Below, in pieces: positions 25,401-39,832 of a stretch of 64,000 nt of DNA (the stretch's first letter is position 1; each line of letters opens with the position of its first letter). Below the pieces are notes generated by a model. The model made no database searches and was not told the origin of the DNA. It was given only the letters and a program-made list of their open reading frames with translations. Source of the stretch: Bilabrum cf. latius (taxonomy: Eukaryota); contig OZ237738.1 in assembly GCA_965178125.1 (NCBI GenBank), positions 682,001 through 746,000 of the forward strand, written 5' to 3'. Made by a program: the position numbers and the translations under genes.

Positions 25401-27938
25401 CGGAGACCTGGGCGTCTGCAGTGACGCTGGGCTGAGTTCTGTTGCTTGTAGCTGCTGCCGAATCGACAAGCGAATTGCGCTTTACGATGAGTCGAGACCC
25501 AGTGACGACGGCAAGGTGCAGCCTGCCACTGGAGCCGTACACTGCGTCATCAGCAGCGTCACTACGGCCCGCACCGGCAGGGAAGAATGGCGGGTATAGG
25601 GGTGGCGGCGGATACACGACGCCACCAAGCACTCTGGCAAAGTAGGAAGTTTTCGCCGAATGAAGCGCATGCAGGACATACTGGTATTCTCTACCACTCC
25701 TGGCCGCTGCTGCTGCCCTGGATATACCTGCCAGCTGGCCACTGCGGATTGAGTTGAGTGGTATGCCGCCACGAAAGTCGAGTGCCTCCGCCGCTACGTC
25801 GTCGTCCTCCAGAGGCTCCACCGTGACAACATAGGCGACGTTGCCCGCCGTGATCACCGGAGACGCGCAAGCCTCTATGGTATCAATATCGTTCCATTCA
25901 GTCTTGCCCGAATCAAGGTTGATAGCGCCCATGCCCACGCCAGAGCCAGGGCGAGGGATGTTACCAGATGTGCCCGTGGCCCCCCAATCGTAATAAGAGG
26001 GGAGATACGACTGGCAGAAGTACAGGAGTGAGCCTGACATGGCCACCTGGACAATGGGCGCGGGCTGTCCAATGGTGGCCATGCGCGGTTCCAGACCACT
26101 CGAGCGAACAAAGCCAAGCAAGGTCCCGTTACTAGTGTCCACAGAAAGGACGCCCGTTCTGCCGTTGATCGAAGCAGCAGCATACCCTATGCTGCCTGCC
26201 AGCAGCCAGTTCGACCGAATGTCTGTGATGTTCACAGTGCTTGCACCACCCGGAGATAGCTGCCCCTACTACTTGCCAAGATGCCAGCCTCGTCCTGGCG
26301 TGTGCGGGTCCGTCTGCACGTCCACGCCGTATACCTGCACTTCTGGCAGCGACCATCCCTAGGCTGCTTTGACGCTGGAGCTGTGTAGCGGACCCTCGGA
26401 CCGAAGTGTCGTCACCTAGTCCGCCGGGAAGGACACGAGCAGGCGGCCGGAAGGCTCGTCCACCACGAGCGATACCAGAGCCAGCTCGCCGTACGACCAC
26501 GCAGCCGCCGTGGTGGCCACATCGCCGAAGGACAGCGTCTTGAACTCCGAGGGGCCGCCACTCATGGAGTCGACTTGCACAGTGTACGTGACGAGCTCGA
26601 CCTGCGTCCCCTGTTTCTGCAGCACGTAGAATACCGCCCAGCTCCTGAAGCCATCGTCGCCCAGGGCGTGCTGGCGGGGCGAGCCAACAGGCCTTCCCCA
26701 CGACAAGCCGCCCGCAGGCTCGTCAGGTGTTAGTGGCTGAGAATCAGTGAACAGGCCCGCGGAGGAGTTCCACAGGCTCGGCGGGGCAACCTGTATGGAA
26801 TAGACCCTTTGCACGCTATCAACACCGAGAGAGCTTGCGGGTGCCACGGGGTTGTTGGAGCTGGCTGCTGCTGCATCATCCTAGGGAGCGCGGCTCTGCT
26901 TTGACGACGCACTCCTGGCACCATGCAGCGGCGGCACGCTCTCTTTGTTGCCGGAAAGAAGTCGCCTCTGCTGCTTGATCGTGCGTTCCATGCAGTCTTC
27001 CACCCCATCTACCCAGCCACCCCGTACACCTGCAGCAGCATGCGCTGTGTATGGCGCGAAATTCTCGCAGAGAATCAAGTCTCCGTGCTGGGCGACGACA
27101 GCGGCAAAGATCGAGACGTCGATCAGTTCAGGCATATTGTCCGTTTTGGCACGGGGCCCCAGCGCGGATGAGTTGATGGCGCCGGTCACTGAGACTGCCA
27201 CGATGCCAGACGGGTGGTCGATGGCGAGCTCGGCGAACAGGATCGGCGGGGTGGAAACGTCGGCTCCTGGGCTGTTAGCGCCCACAATACCACTGAATTG
27301 GCTGATGCCATGCAAGCTAGCTTCGATGAAAGAGCCCGTGTTCCATAATTCCTTGCTGTACTGCTCTGCATTGTTGCTGAACACTTTGGTCATGCGGAGA
27401 GACAGCATCTGGCGAGTGGACGTCTGGTTTGATCGTAGGGCTTCGTTATATGGCTGCAAGAATCGAGAGATTGAAATAGAGCGCCAAAGGAGCTTGCGTC
27501 GGACGATCGACCTGGCATAGGCTGCGTTTTTGCTGCACTCACGACCAATGCGGCGGTAACGAAGTACGAGTTGGCTTCCCTGTCTGCGACAAGACTCGAT
27601 TCGACCAGGTGCGATTTAGGAATAACTACTTCTGAACCCTTCTGCTCATGCCACTCCTCGCAGTACTCGCTCGGTCCGGCCGCTGAGGAGGCGAAAGCTC
27701 CGGAAGGCCCACCAGAAGCCGTGGTCCAGCCAGCCACGCCGCTCCCCGCAGATTCGATAGGATTATCCGCTCGTTGCCGTAGAACGAATAAAATCATAGT
27801 GATTAGGACAGTGAAGGATACCACAAGGCAGACAGGGGCCAAAATGTCCCGCAGTCGGCCTCCCTGCACTCTGCACACGAAGCATTCTGCCTCCTTAGTA
27901 TCTTGCGCCCCTCCGGGTTGCAACAGCCGGGAACGCAT
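22477..27938 (-). CDS. Large multipass membrane protein (~1790 aa): N-terminal TM, beta-rich ectodomain, several TM helices with Cys-rich loops; intron 27454-27542
   Basis: Track ORFs 26881, 26416, 25357, 24991, 23977, 23593, 23383, 22705 and 22477 are all in one frame and joined only by TAG. Exon 1 (ATG 27938) joins via a phase-0 GTGAGT...TTGCAG intron; TGA stop. Confidence 0.7.
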
Positions 27939-28110
27939 AGCAGTAGTCAATACTTGATCAATGACAAATTACCATTCAAGAGTTTGGTGACTGGGTCTTG
28001 TGCGAGGAGCACTGAAGAAGGTCGCATTTTGTGACGAGTGCACAGCTTCTGGGCACATAGTTCGCATTCGTGCAGATCTGGAGCACAATGTTGCACGTAT
28101 AATCTCTGGA

Positions 28111-29280
28111 ATGTTGCAGAGGTGGTCATGGCCTGCTCACGACGAGACAATCGCACAAGAATTTGTCGAGATACGTGAAAAGGCGGGACCACCACCGCCG
28201 GTTCAAGATCCCGGTCTACTGTGCACAGCAAAAGAAGGACCGTGTGAAGTTGAGTGCACTCTACGAGCCGATAGTCGTGCTTGTTTCCGTGGGATGATTG
28301 CTGTAACGAACTCCAGAAGAGCAGAGGTATGGTTTGCCAGAGACAAGACCATCGGGCCCAGATCGGGCCAAGGCGTGGCTGCAGCCGATTGGAACTACCA
28401 TTCAACTGTTTTGGCACGGCCAGTTCCCGGAAATGTGCACGCATTTATACTTGTGCACTCCTTTAAGCCAGAAATGGTTGGAGTTCGTGGCATTCGGATT
28501 CGGTGGCATTCGGATGGAGAGTTCAAAGGATGGGCTGTCCGCCTCTTAGGCTAGGTTTCACACACTTCGACTCCTTCCACACAGAATGGGCAGGGCCACT
28601 TAAGAGTGCTGTCGGCTTCATAGCCCGGAGACATGCGAAGGACTGCTGCAGCAGGCGGGGTGGCGATGTCAGGCTCGGCACCTCCGATGAGATCCTCCAT
28701 CGCTTACACTGCCAGTGGCAGTAGCAGCGGCTCGAATGATCATGGTGCTACTAGTATTAGTACGACTGGTGCCCCAGATGCAGAGAAGCTCACGCCTGGA
28801 GCAGGCATATCGCCCGGCGGGCGGCTGGGCAGTGGTGACGACACACCGCATGCTCGTGCCATGCAGATGATCGCTGCCCTCAGGCTATCATCATCCAGCC
28901 GCGCGGATCAGGCTAGGGGTGGCTTCGGTGCTGATGCTGATGCTGGTGCTGGTGCTAATGGTGGTGTTGTCATCGCTAGCAGCAGAGCAGAGACGAGCAG
29001 CGAGGCTGCGGTAGGGGCCGAGGAGGGAGCTCCTATAGCGCGGCAGGAAGAACTAGCAGACTAGGCGGCCCCAAAGACTGAAGTATCAGCGGCTGCGGAA
29101 CCGGGCGGATGGCATGCCGGTGGGCAGCAGAGCGCGGCTGGGCCTGTGGGGGCCCTAGCAGCGCCTGGCTTGGTGCAGGCAATCGCACAAGCAGTCGCTG
29201 CAGAGGTCGAGCAGAGGCTAGCGTCTCGTTTAGATAGGATTGAGAGCAGGCTTGTCAGCCTGGAGGGATTGCTGCGGTAA
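28111..29280 (+). CDS. Hypothetical protein with C-terminal coiled coil (weak resemblance to PAAT/C10orf88-type proteins)
   Basis: ORFs 28000..28554 and 28633..29064 in frame via TAG, continuing to EVEQRLASRLDRIESRLVSLEGLLR-TAA at 29278-29280. Confidence 0.55.
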
Positions 29281-29369
29281 AAGAGGACTCTGCAACATGC
29301 ACCTTACAAACACCTGCTGAAGTCGACGTTGAATTGCCACAAAACCCTGCTCCTTTATCACGCAGCAGC

Positions 29370-30542
29370 ATGTGAGAGACAACATTCATTCAGCAGCATG
29401 TTGGTTTGAACGCCTACCAGCGAGCATCGACACTTTTTTGCTTTGAGACGCTACGGTTCAAGATCTTTGCAGCTGCAACTGCGCTTTCTATCTTGTCTCG
29501 CAGGCAAACCGTGTATAAGCTTGCAGTTCTTGCATGCGTCTCCGGCTTGTCTTTGGCGAAGAATCCTGATTGCACCTTTGCTGGCTAGAAGGGTGCTCTT
29601 CTAGGGAACGCAGCAAGAGAGAACGTCTGCATGCCGTACGCTGGTATCGGAACTGGATCGTACCGCCACGGCAGCACAGGGTCGGGGGAGTGGTGGAATG
29701 ACACCGTGGCAGAGGTTGCCATTGATCAGTGGCTACGAATCGGTGGACGCCGCATTGATACATCATTCACGTATGGAGACCAAGTAGGCATTGGCCGCGG
29801 GATGGTGAAGTCAGGCCTGCCGCGCGAACAAATTTTTGTGACTTCCAAGGTCGGCCCCGGGAACCCCCTCGGTTACAACGAGACATTGCAGCAGTTCGAT
29901 CAGGTGCTCGCCACGCTCGGCAACCTCTCCTACGTCGACCTCTTGCTCATCCATTGGCCCGATGGGGGCAGCAAGAGCACCGACCCGGCGTGCAGCGGCC
30001 CCAGCAGCAGCCCCAAGAAGTGCAGGCAGAGCACGTGGAGGGCACTGGAGGACATCTACACGGCGAAAGGCGCCCGGGCCATCGGAGTGAGCAATTTCGA
30101 GAAGCATCACGTGGAAGACGTGCTGGAGCTGGGCGGCCTCAAGCCGGCAGTGGACCAGGTCGAGTACCACCCTTACTTCCACGAGGACGACCTCGTGAGT
30201 TACGTGCAGTCCCAGGGGATCCAGTTCAACTCCTACGCTCCCTTCGGGGCCTACGATCACGCAGTGCCCGCGTTCCACTGGCCACACAGTCCGCTGGAGG
30301 ACCCCGTGGTGCAGGCGATCGCGAAGGATCACGGGGTGACCGGTGCAGAGGTGGTGCTCCAGTGGAACTACCAGCAGGGCATCGTCTGGAACCCGAGGAC
30401 TATGAGCTAGCAGCACATGCGCGAGAACTTGCTTGACAAGGAGTTCACTCTGTCTGGCGACCAGATGACCCAGATTGCCACAAAGGTGCAGGTCCCCTCC
30501 AACCACCCCAAGGTGTGTCCGAATCCGCAGGACATGCCGTAA
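29370..30542 (+). CDS. Aldo-keto reductase (AKR, 2,5-DKG reductase-like) with signal peptide; 5' structure uncertain
   Basis: IDTSFTYGDQ, REQIFVTSKV, YVDLLLIHWP, AIGVSNF, QVEYHPY. TAG at 30408 is followed by the conserved QHMRENL..FTLS segment and TAA 30540-30542. The upstream TAG at 29586 links to the hydrophobic leader KLAVLACVSGLSLA. Confidence 0.88.
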
Positions 30543-30729
30543 GAGGCAGCGGGCCAAATTGGGTCGGATCGATGGATAAACGCAGTTGTCGACCGGTGGT
30601 CAATCGGTTGTATTCATTTGCTTTGCATGTGATAATTCTTTCTTTCTCTCATTAGGTAGAGCTAGATTCCAGACGCCTTGCCGGTGGCATGAGCCCACCG
30701 CACCTCCAGAGGCAACACCGTCTGGGCGC

Positions 30730-31846
<1,117 letters not shown>

Positions 31847-32008
31847 GGCTTCGAATATCTGTGCGTGTGGATCCGGCAACCAGCGAGCCTGAGGGAACGT
31901 TCCTGCCAGCGGTTTCGCCATGCCAGCCGGGCACGCGGTGAATACTTGCTTGTTTGGTACAGGAAGCTATAATTTTGGAGGGAAACGACAAGTTGGGAGT
32001 GGGGAGAA

Positions 32009-33187
32009 TCATTGTCTCGAAGACGAATCAGGACCACTGGCATTGCTAGCCCCAGGTCCATCACCACCATTTGCACTCCGAGTCGCACCACCACCACCAG
32101 TAGGCCTGAACCTGTCCACCGCAGAGGCCTCCAGCGACCTCACCCCGGTGATACCAGCCGTCCCTCGATTGCTCACTCTGTGGAGGCACGCAGAGTCGCC
32201 CACGGCCGCCTCCATCCGCCGGTACCAACCCTCCATCCTCGTGTTCCCCAGCGCGTCCCTGAAGCTGTCCAGGCCCTCGATGGCCCTTAGCATTCCGAAC
32301 ACCGTCACGTCCGCACGGCTGGGACGGTCCCCGCCCATGAAGGCCCGCCCAGGGACGGATTCCACGGCATCGATCCACTCGTCGATGCAGCGGTACAGGG
32401 CCTGCCTCGGGGTGCCGTCGCCCTCACTGTCGAAGCCGTGCTTGGACATGAGACGCTTGCCCACCGCCCACATGATGGTAGCCCCGACCCACTTGCCGGC
32501 CAGTGCTTCGAGGTAAGACATCGTGGAGTGATCCGCGTCCATCATGAATTCGAATGACTGTATCGCTTCCGCCGTGGTTCGGTAAATGTTCGGGCTTAAT
32601 ATGTGCACGAACCGTGCGTAAGCCCACTTGCGCCACTGGCGAGATTCTTCGGTGTCCTCGGCGTACAGCCGCTGCGGACTGTCTATGCCAAGGCTTCTGT
32701 CAGCTTCTGCGACCAGCTCGTCCAAATAATCCACAACGCAGGAGCTGTCGTGTACTTCCATACCATTAACGATCGCAATTGGTACTTTGGTGTACTTTGT
32801 AAACCCAACTTCTCGCTTAATAAGCGGATTTACGTCAACCATGGCATACGGCACCCCGGCGTAGTCTAACGAAGCTCGTGCCACGTTGCAAAACGGACAA
32901 TTCGAATACTGATAGACAACAGCCATGGTGGAGCCCTTCCTGGTGCCCTGATCGCACCGGGCGAATCCACCTCGGCGCTACAACAGCGGGAGCATGGCCG
33001 CTCCGTCTCGATCTAGCTGGCAGCCGATGCCAGGACCGCCGTCAACTACGGCAGGATCAATTCCTGGCTCTGATTTGGCCGTAACATTCCACGCAAGCGC
33101 TGCGGTTAGCGCTGCGGGAGCAACAAGCGACCTTCCCGCCCCTCGCAACAAACGCTGAAACTGTCGGACACCAAACGAAGCCCTCAT
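32009..33187 (-). CDS. PTGES2: Prostaglandin E synthase 2 (mPGES-2)-like GST-fold protein with probable mitochondrial presequence
   Basis: YQYSNCPFCNV, VDVNPL, YTKVPI, LSPNIYRT, FMGGDRPSRADVTVFG. The presequence ORF 32978..33187 is in frame via TAG; TGA stop. Confidence 0.88.
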
Positions 33188-33410
33188 TGCAGCAGGGCGT
33201 TCTGCAGAGACTTCGAACGGGTAGATCAGGACACTACTCTCGGTTCAAGATCCTATTCACGGCTGTGACAGGTGGTTTTGCTGTCTGTTTGCTCTGAGGT
33301 GCAGGTGACGAGTGCAAGCTAGACTGACGTGGTGTGTGTGTGCTCAACGATGCGGTCTGGAGCACGTGAATTCTGTACGGAAGCAGCGCGCCACCATGCA
33401 TCTCACCACA

Positions 33411-36219
33411 TCACGTCCGTTTCCCAGCACCTCGGCTCAGCCAATCCGCGAACCCCGCCTCCACAAGTGCCTTGGCCCTCCTGGCCTGCCCCCTCACGTA
33501 GGCCAGCTCCTGCCTCGCGTCCTAAAACAGGGCGTGCTGCTTCCTGTACGATGCCTGCGCAGCACGCAGGGCCTCGGCCGCGGCATCGCCCTCCTCGCCC
33601 TGGGCGGCCGACCGCAGCGCAGCCGCGGCCTCGTCCACCCGCTCCTTCTTCCGGTTTACCTCCGAAGCGAAGGCCTCGGCGCGGGCCTTCGCCTGCCGGA
33701 CCGTCTCGGCCGCCCGATCGAAACTCGCGACGGCGTCCCGACCGGCACCGGTCTTCCAGGCAGCGAGCTGCTCCGCTGGATCCGAAGAGGTTGACCCGGT
33801 CCCGGTGGTGCTCGGTGAGGCAGCGCCTGGCGGCTCCATGCCAAGCTCTTCCCCAGGTGGATTTGATGCTGCTACTCTGCCGGCCCCCGCCCCAGCCCCA
33901 GCCCCCGCCCCGGCCCCAGCATCCCCAGAGGTGGCCCGCCTGCCAGGCCTGCCGAGCGGCGAGCTGCTTCTGGAACTCTTGCCGCGGGTGTTTCCCCGAA
34001 GATCCATTGTTCCCTGAGAATCTATTGTTCCCTGGGTGGCCCGCTCCACTGTGGCCATGGAGCGGGCAGGAGAGCCCTCGCTCCCCCGCACTGGTGCTGG
34101 CCCACCGTCATGCGGTTGCCTTTGCCCTTGCCTTGATAACCGGTCCAGCAGCACGGCAATGCCAATGTGGAGCTCCCGGGCCGTCCGAAGCTGCCAGATG
34201 GCGGATCCACCGGCACCCGCGTCGTCCGCGTCGCCAGCGTCATCGCTGGGGTCGTCCCACCGAGCGAGCGCTTCCAGGACTGCGGAACCTTCCCGCGCGG
34301 CGCCGCGCATCTCGACCGCTCCGTGCATTGCGGAACCAGACTACCGCTCTGCTTGTTCCTCAAGTAGCCTGTCGACGACTTTGCCCACTTCACGCATTTG
34401 CTCCGATCGGGGAGGACCGTGTCTCACGCCCAGCCTCCCCGTCATCTCGTCGTGCAGCGCAAGCTCCTGCCGCAGCATCCGGACCTCGTCCTGTAGCCGA
34501 CGAACCTTCACGAACACCTGGGGGTCGACCGCGGTCCCCGCTCCGCCTCCGGACCCCCCTGCAAGTGTGACGTTCCGCGAGGGTCGGTTCCGCACCCGCA
34601 GCATCCGCGCGGCGAACCGCAGCGTGGCAGTGCTCTCGCTCGCGTGAGCACTCGAGGGCCACACGCATGCGACCAGCCTGGTGAGGCAGTTGCCTCCGAG
34701 CGAGTCTCGCAGGTACTGGGTGAGCACGCTCCGGCGGTACGGGATGTGACGAGTGTCCCCGGAGCCGCCCTTGCCACCCTGACGGCTGCCACCACGACCA
34801 CTGCCAGTTTTCCTGTCTTCATCTTCATCTCCAGCTGCTCCGCCCCGGCCTCTGTCCCCCAAAGCAAGCACAACCTGCTGCAGCGCACTCAGGCTCTTGT
34901 TGATGTGCGTGGCCTCCTCCAGGGTACGGCCCTCCGATCCTGTCTTGCTCACCCTCTCTGACCCGGCCAGGTCAACCAGGTGAAGCTTGGACGAAGTCAC
35001 CTCCTCCACCTCCACCTCGTCCTCTACCTCGCCGCCTTCAGCTCCACCAAGGTCTCCATCTTCTCCCACTCCTCTTCCTATTTCTCTATCCCTGTTGCCC
35101 CGGCCTCCGGAGCCAGGCCCCGCTGATCCTGCAGCCGCATGCACGCGCTTCTCCAACTTTTTCTTATTACTCCTCGCCTTTCGAAGGAGCGTTCTTGATC
35201 TTCTAAGGTGCAGCGTCACCACGCAGTGCGACCGTGTCGAGCGCTCGTTCAGCGAGTGCTCCGCAATGGCGCGCACCTGCTCTGCGCGAGCGAGCAGCTC
35301 AAGGGCTTCTTCCGCGCTGTGCAGGACGGGCTGGCGCAGACCGCGCACTTCCACACCTCCGCTGGGGCTTGACACGACCCGTAGCGCCCCAGACGCAGTC
35401 GGAGCACTTGCTCGGCCAAAGGCGAGCGCGGGTCCCTTCAGGCCCGCCCTTCTGCTCTCGGCAGCTGCAGAGGCTGCCGCTCGAGTCGGGATGAGCTCTT
35501 TGGCTTCGGGATGCATCGAGACAGCCTAAGATGCGCCCGTTGGTTGGGAGGGACCGGACGAAGGAGACGCAAACGTGCCAGCATCTCCCATGCCAGTGGC
35601 GGCTTGTTGCCGCTGCTGCTGCAGCATGGCAACGAGGGGGTCCGCGGACACCCGCTCGTCGAGGAGGTCCAGGAGCCTCTCGTTGTAGATTTCGAGGGCG
35701 GACACGCGAATTGCCCACGCAACACTTGTCACGCTGCTGTCTTCCAGCGGCGTGCTGCGCTCGTCCTGCGCTGCGTGTCGAAGCAGCCACTCGATGGATC
35801 TTGGCACCAGGCCGCGCCCCGAGTATCCGCCACCGGGGGAGCCTGTCATGGTATGCGTCTTACCCGCCCCCGTCTAACCGTAGCACATAATTGTTCCATT
35901 CTACCCGCGGACTGCACTTTGCAGCACGGGGATTGCAACGGCATCAAACACGGCTTGCTGGCTGCCGGCTTCATCCACGACAGCGCTGCAAGGAAGCTTG
36001 AGCTCGCTACCTCTCGCGTCAGACCCGCTCGTGGAATGAACAGTGACCGTCTGCGATAGGCTCTTGCCGGGCGCGTATCGATTTTGCCGGCAATGCTTGC
36101 TCAAACTAGGAACTGGTCGGCAACAGCGAAGGACGGCTTACCTTCGGTCCAGTGACAATTCTGGCATCTTTATCGATACTAGGCCTTAGGCGAACGCAAA
36201 CATCAACTGATTTCTTCAT
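33411..36219 (-). CDS. Kinesin-9 family (KIF6/KIF9-like) motor, intron 36051-36141, 5 TAG codons
   Basis: VCVRLRP; G*NGTIMCYG*TGAGKTHTM; LEIYNE; NERSTRSH; LVDLAGSER; INKSLSAL; HIPYR; TLRFAARM. KIF6/9-like C-terminal YRKQHALF*DARQELAY...FADW; TGA 33411. Confidence 0.92.
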
Positions 36220-36392
36220 ACAGACATTATTTACGGTTTCCTGCGCGAACGAGTATGCCCGCACAGCAACGGCAACCAAAATCGCCCCGCGGTTCCGCAA
36301 TGCATATTTGCGCGGCGCCAAGTCCAATAGCTCTTGCGACCATTCGAAACGGACCTTGCTACGTTTCTGGCGGCGCTAGACCGCAAGCAATC

Positions 36393-39300
36393 ATGGGTGT
36401 ATCATCATCCGTGCCAGAAAACAAGCATCATGGGGATGGGGTCGTTGGAGAGGCGCGTGCGTATTCCCCTGCCGGGTTGTCGACGCGAGAGTCTACCGCC
36501 GATTCTGTGGCCACAAGTGATTCTGCCGAGCCTGTGCCGCAGCCAGGAGAACAATGGTGAGTTCACTAGAAATGTGTGCGTGCGCCGGGGGGACTCCTGG
36601 CTGCGTGTTTTTCGCTGCCCAGGCGTCAAGCCGGTGTCGCTCTTTTTCGTCGCTGCGGTACGTTCAGGAGGCATCTTGAATCAATGCGCGAACGGGCGTG
36701 CAGTAGATTTATATTATGGTTGGGCTTAGTAGCGATATCTGCAGATGCCAGAGGCGCAAGAGCTGCAGCGGACTAATGTGCATCGAATCTGTTGTTGCGT
36801 ACCCTCTTTCCATTGGATGTTTGCCTCGCAGGGTGTTTATTCATGCTCGCACCACTCAGAAAGAAACTAGACAAGTTCGAGAGATGATGCTACGGCACAG
36901 GTTGGAGCGTGGGGCAGAGTTGAACCTGGGCTCGAGCCTCGACGCAGAATTTTCTCTGCGAGACACAAACCTTGGTGGTCGACACGTCAAAATCGTGTGC
37001 GACGAGCGCGGCATGCCAGCCATAGAGGCAGTGAACCGCACGTATTACATGGTAGGCCAAGGAAGGCACCAGAGCGCCTCCCACCAGCTGAAGAAGGATG
37101 ACATTCTGAAGATGGGCGCATGCAGCTTGCAGGTCACCGAGTTGTGCTGCGCGGGCCCAAGCGCGTGGGGGAGCGCCCAGGAAGGACAGGCGTGAGACAA
37201 AGACTAACACGTGTGCGCAATGCAGGTGTCTTGCACGCGGTTCGGCTCGCGAACTGAAGACGGTCGCTCCCCGCCATCCCCGCCATCCCCGCCATCCCCG
37301 CCAAGCGGCACACACGCCTTGGGGAGTGTCTGAAGCAGCCCACAAACCTACACGGCCCCCTTATTTGCGCGATTGTTGTTGCCGAAACCCGGTCTAGTAG
37401 TTGGTCTGCGTTTACTTTCGATTATCTCATCGATGCGCAGCCTTAAACGCGAGCTGGCCCCCGAAGACCGTGCGTGCTACATCTGCATGGACGAGACGAG
37501 CACCCCGGGCAACGAGCTCATACCCTCACCCTGCGCCTGCAAGCGCATGGTGCACAAGCAGTGCCTCACCAAGTGGATTGCGACCAGGGGAAACCGGATC
37601 TGCTCCATCTGCAAGGACAGGCTGCCCTCGGAGTTCACCGTGGACCCGCCCTTCCTCGTGCTCCAGGTGGTCAGGCACATGCGCGGGCTGCACTGGACGG
37701 GGGAGCGGGAGTACATCGTGTCGCTCAAGAACAGGCCGGCCGTGACTATCGGCTCCGGATCCCAGTGCCACCTCGCCCTGCCGGACCCCTCCCTAAGCCG
37801 GCTCCACTCCAGGATCGCCTTCTAGTGCGGCAGCTTCTTCGTGGAAGACCTCCAGAGCTCTGCGGGAACCTACCTGCGGGTGGCCAGGAGGCAAAGGGTG
37901 CCCCGCGCGAGCAGCGGGGACCCGCCTTCCTGCTACAAGGCGGGCCGCACGGTCTTCGCGATCACCTCCAGCGTCATCCCGAGCGACGGATCCCTGCCCG
38001 ACCTGGACGCGCTGAGGCGGTGCAACGAGCATGCCTCGAGGGCAGAGGGGGGAGCCGACCCGGCGGCGGTGGGGCATCAGGCGTAGGGCGGCCCGGTGGC
38101 GGCCGGTGGTTCTTCTGGTCGGGCTGGTGGCAGTCGGCGCGGTGGAAGGGCAGACAGAGGAGGAGCTGCTGCTGCGACGGGGGGTGCTGCGGGTGGGCAC
38201 CGCAGTGTGCTGCACCTCGCCCGGTCCGTTGAGGGCGGGGGCGACGATTCCGGCGGGATCGTGTGGCAGGCAGGTGTCCCCAATGCGGGGGCGCGGGGTC
38301 TTGCCAGGGGTGGGGTCACCGGACTCGACCAGCTCGGCGCGGTGGGCGTGCTCGGGGGCCCCATGCTGCTGCGGGACCTGGTGGAGGCCCATGGCGGCAG
38401 CGTGGCCGGCCTTCGGATGGCCCGGGACGGTGACGCTGCCGGGCACGGGTTGGCTGGCCCCGGGCCCGCCGATCTCGCCGTAGGGGCGGGGGGAGGGGAC
38501 GTGCAGGAGGGCGGCCGCGGGTGGAACGGCACCTTGCGCGACCCCCTCGTTGATCTCGGGGAGCCGGGGGGGCGGGCCGGCCGCCTCATGGGCCTCGTGG
38601 ACTCGATGCGGTCCCCGCGCAGCCGTCGGCAAGGCGGGACCCAGGGAACAAGGCAGTAGGGAACAAGGTCTCCTTTCTTTGCCGTGGATGGAGGGACGAG
38701 GACGGGCGCCGAGGCGGGACGAGCGGGCGGCTCTGCCGCAACGGGCTCTCGTACCCTGTCCGTTGGGCTGGGCCGGGCGCACCGGGGCGCAGACCCCTTG
38801 GCCAGCGCTGACGAGTGGGGGGCGGGCCTAAGCCCCGCCATGATCCAGCAGGCGAGGGCCATCGTAGGGCCCACCGGCTCCGCCATGGAGATCAGAGACA
38901 CGGCGATGGCGCTCGCTGCTTCCCTGCACGCGGGGGAACAAGAGATGCGGAGGGCTCCGCAAGCAGCGGCGGATGCGAGCCCCGGCAGGCTTGCAGTTGC
39001 GGGGGCGGGGGCAGAGGCAGGGGGGCCCGAGCCGGCGGGTGGCAGTGCGGGGGGTCAGGGGGCCAGGCAGCGGAGGGGCAGCGGGCCGCAGGTGAGGCCT
39101 AGGAGAGGCAGCATGAGGAGGAGGCAGCTGCCAGTTGGAGGCGAGGCATCGGATGGGACAAGGGTGGAGCCTGCAGCCGCTGCGACTCTGCGCGCAAGTG
39201 CGACCGGCTCGGGCGCGTCTGGTGCTGGTGCTGAACACGGCGGTGTGGCTGGGCTTGTGGTGAGGGGGGCGGGCAGCAGTGAGCAGGCCAGTGCCAGGGA

Positions 39301-39832
39301 ACAGGAGCAGGGCGGGGTGCAGGCGGTCGGACGAGGGCCGCAAGAACTTGGGGAGGAGGAGGGGGAGGACGAGAGCGATGGGGATCGGGCCCCTTGCCCG
39401 AGCGGCCTCCTGGCGAGCAGGAGGAGCGCAGGCATTGGGGGACGGGTGACCAGCAGCCCTGGCAGCCCTGCTGGGTCTGGATCTGGGTCCAGGAGCTCCT
39501 CCCCCGGCGGTGGCCCGGGCTTGTCCTCCCGCGGGGGCAGCCGGATGGCCACCGAGGCGACGGCTGCATCGAGCGCGTGGGTCGGCGGGATCGAGGCATC
39601 TTTCCCGGGCGGGCAAGGGCAGCAGGGGGATTGCGGGCCGCCGGGGAGTGTCGGTCCTCGGCCCACGACCGAATCTCCCTACGCGGGCAGCAAGCAGTCT
39701 GCGCGAGATGACGAATCTCTGCTGCCTGGTTCTACGGGTAGGGTAGATGTGCCGTCGGAAGCAGGGGAGGATGCTGCGCCCCCTCGTGGATCGGCGAGGC
39801 GCGTTAGTGTTGGCGAGCAACCGAGCACTTGA
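36393..39832 (+). CDS. FHA-like + RING-CH (RINGv) + FHA domain protein, putative E3 ligase; introns ~36557-36831 and ~37192-37440
   Basis: MGVSSS start (possible myristoylation); ACYICMD...SPCACKRMVHKQCLTKWI...CSICK; IGSG...DPSLSRLHSRIAF*CGSFFVEDLQSSAGTY. In-frame via TAG at 37823, 38084 and 38657; TGA stop. Confidence 0.82.

Noticed and set aside
37269-37302. (CCCCGCCAT)~3.5 repeat
   Set aside because: Short simple repeat within a predicted intron; no evidence of function.
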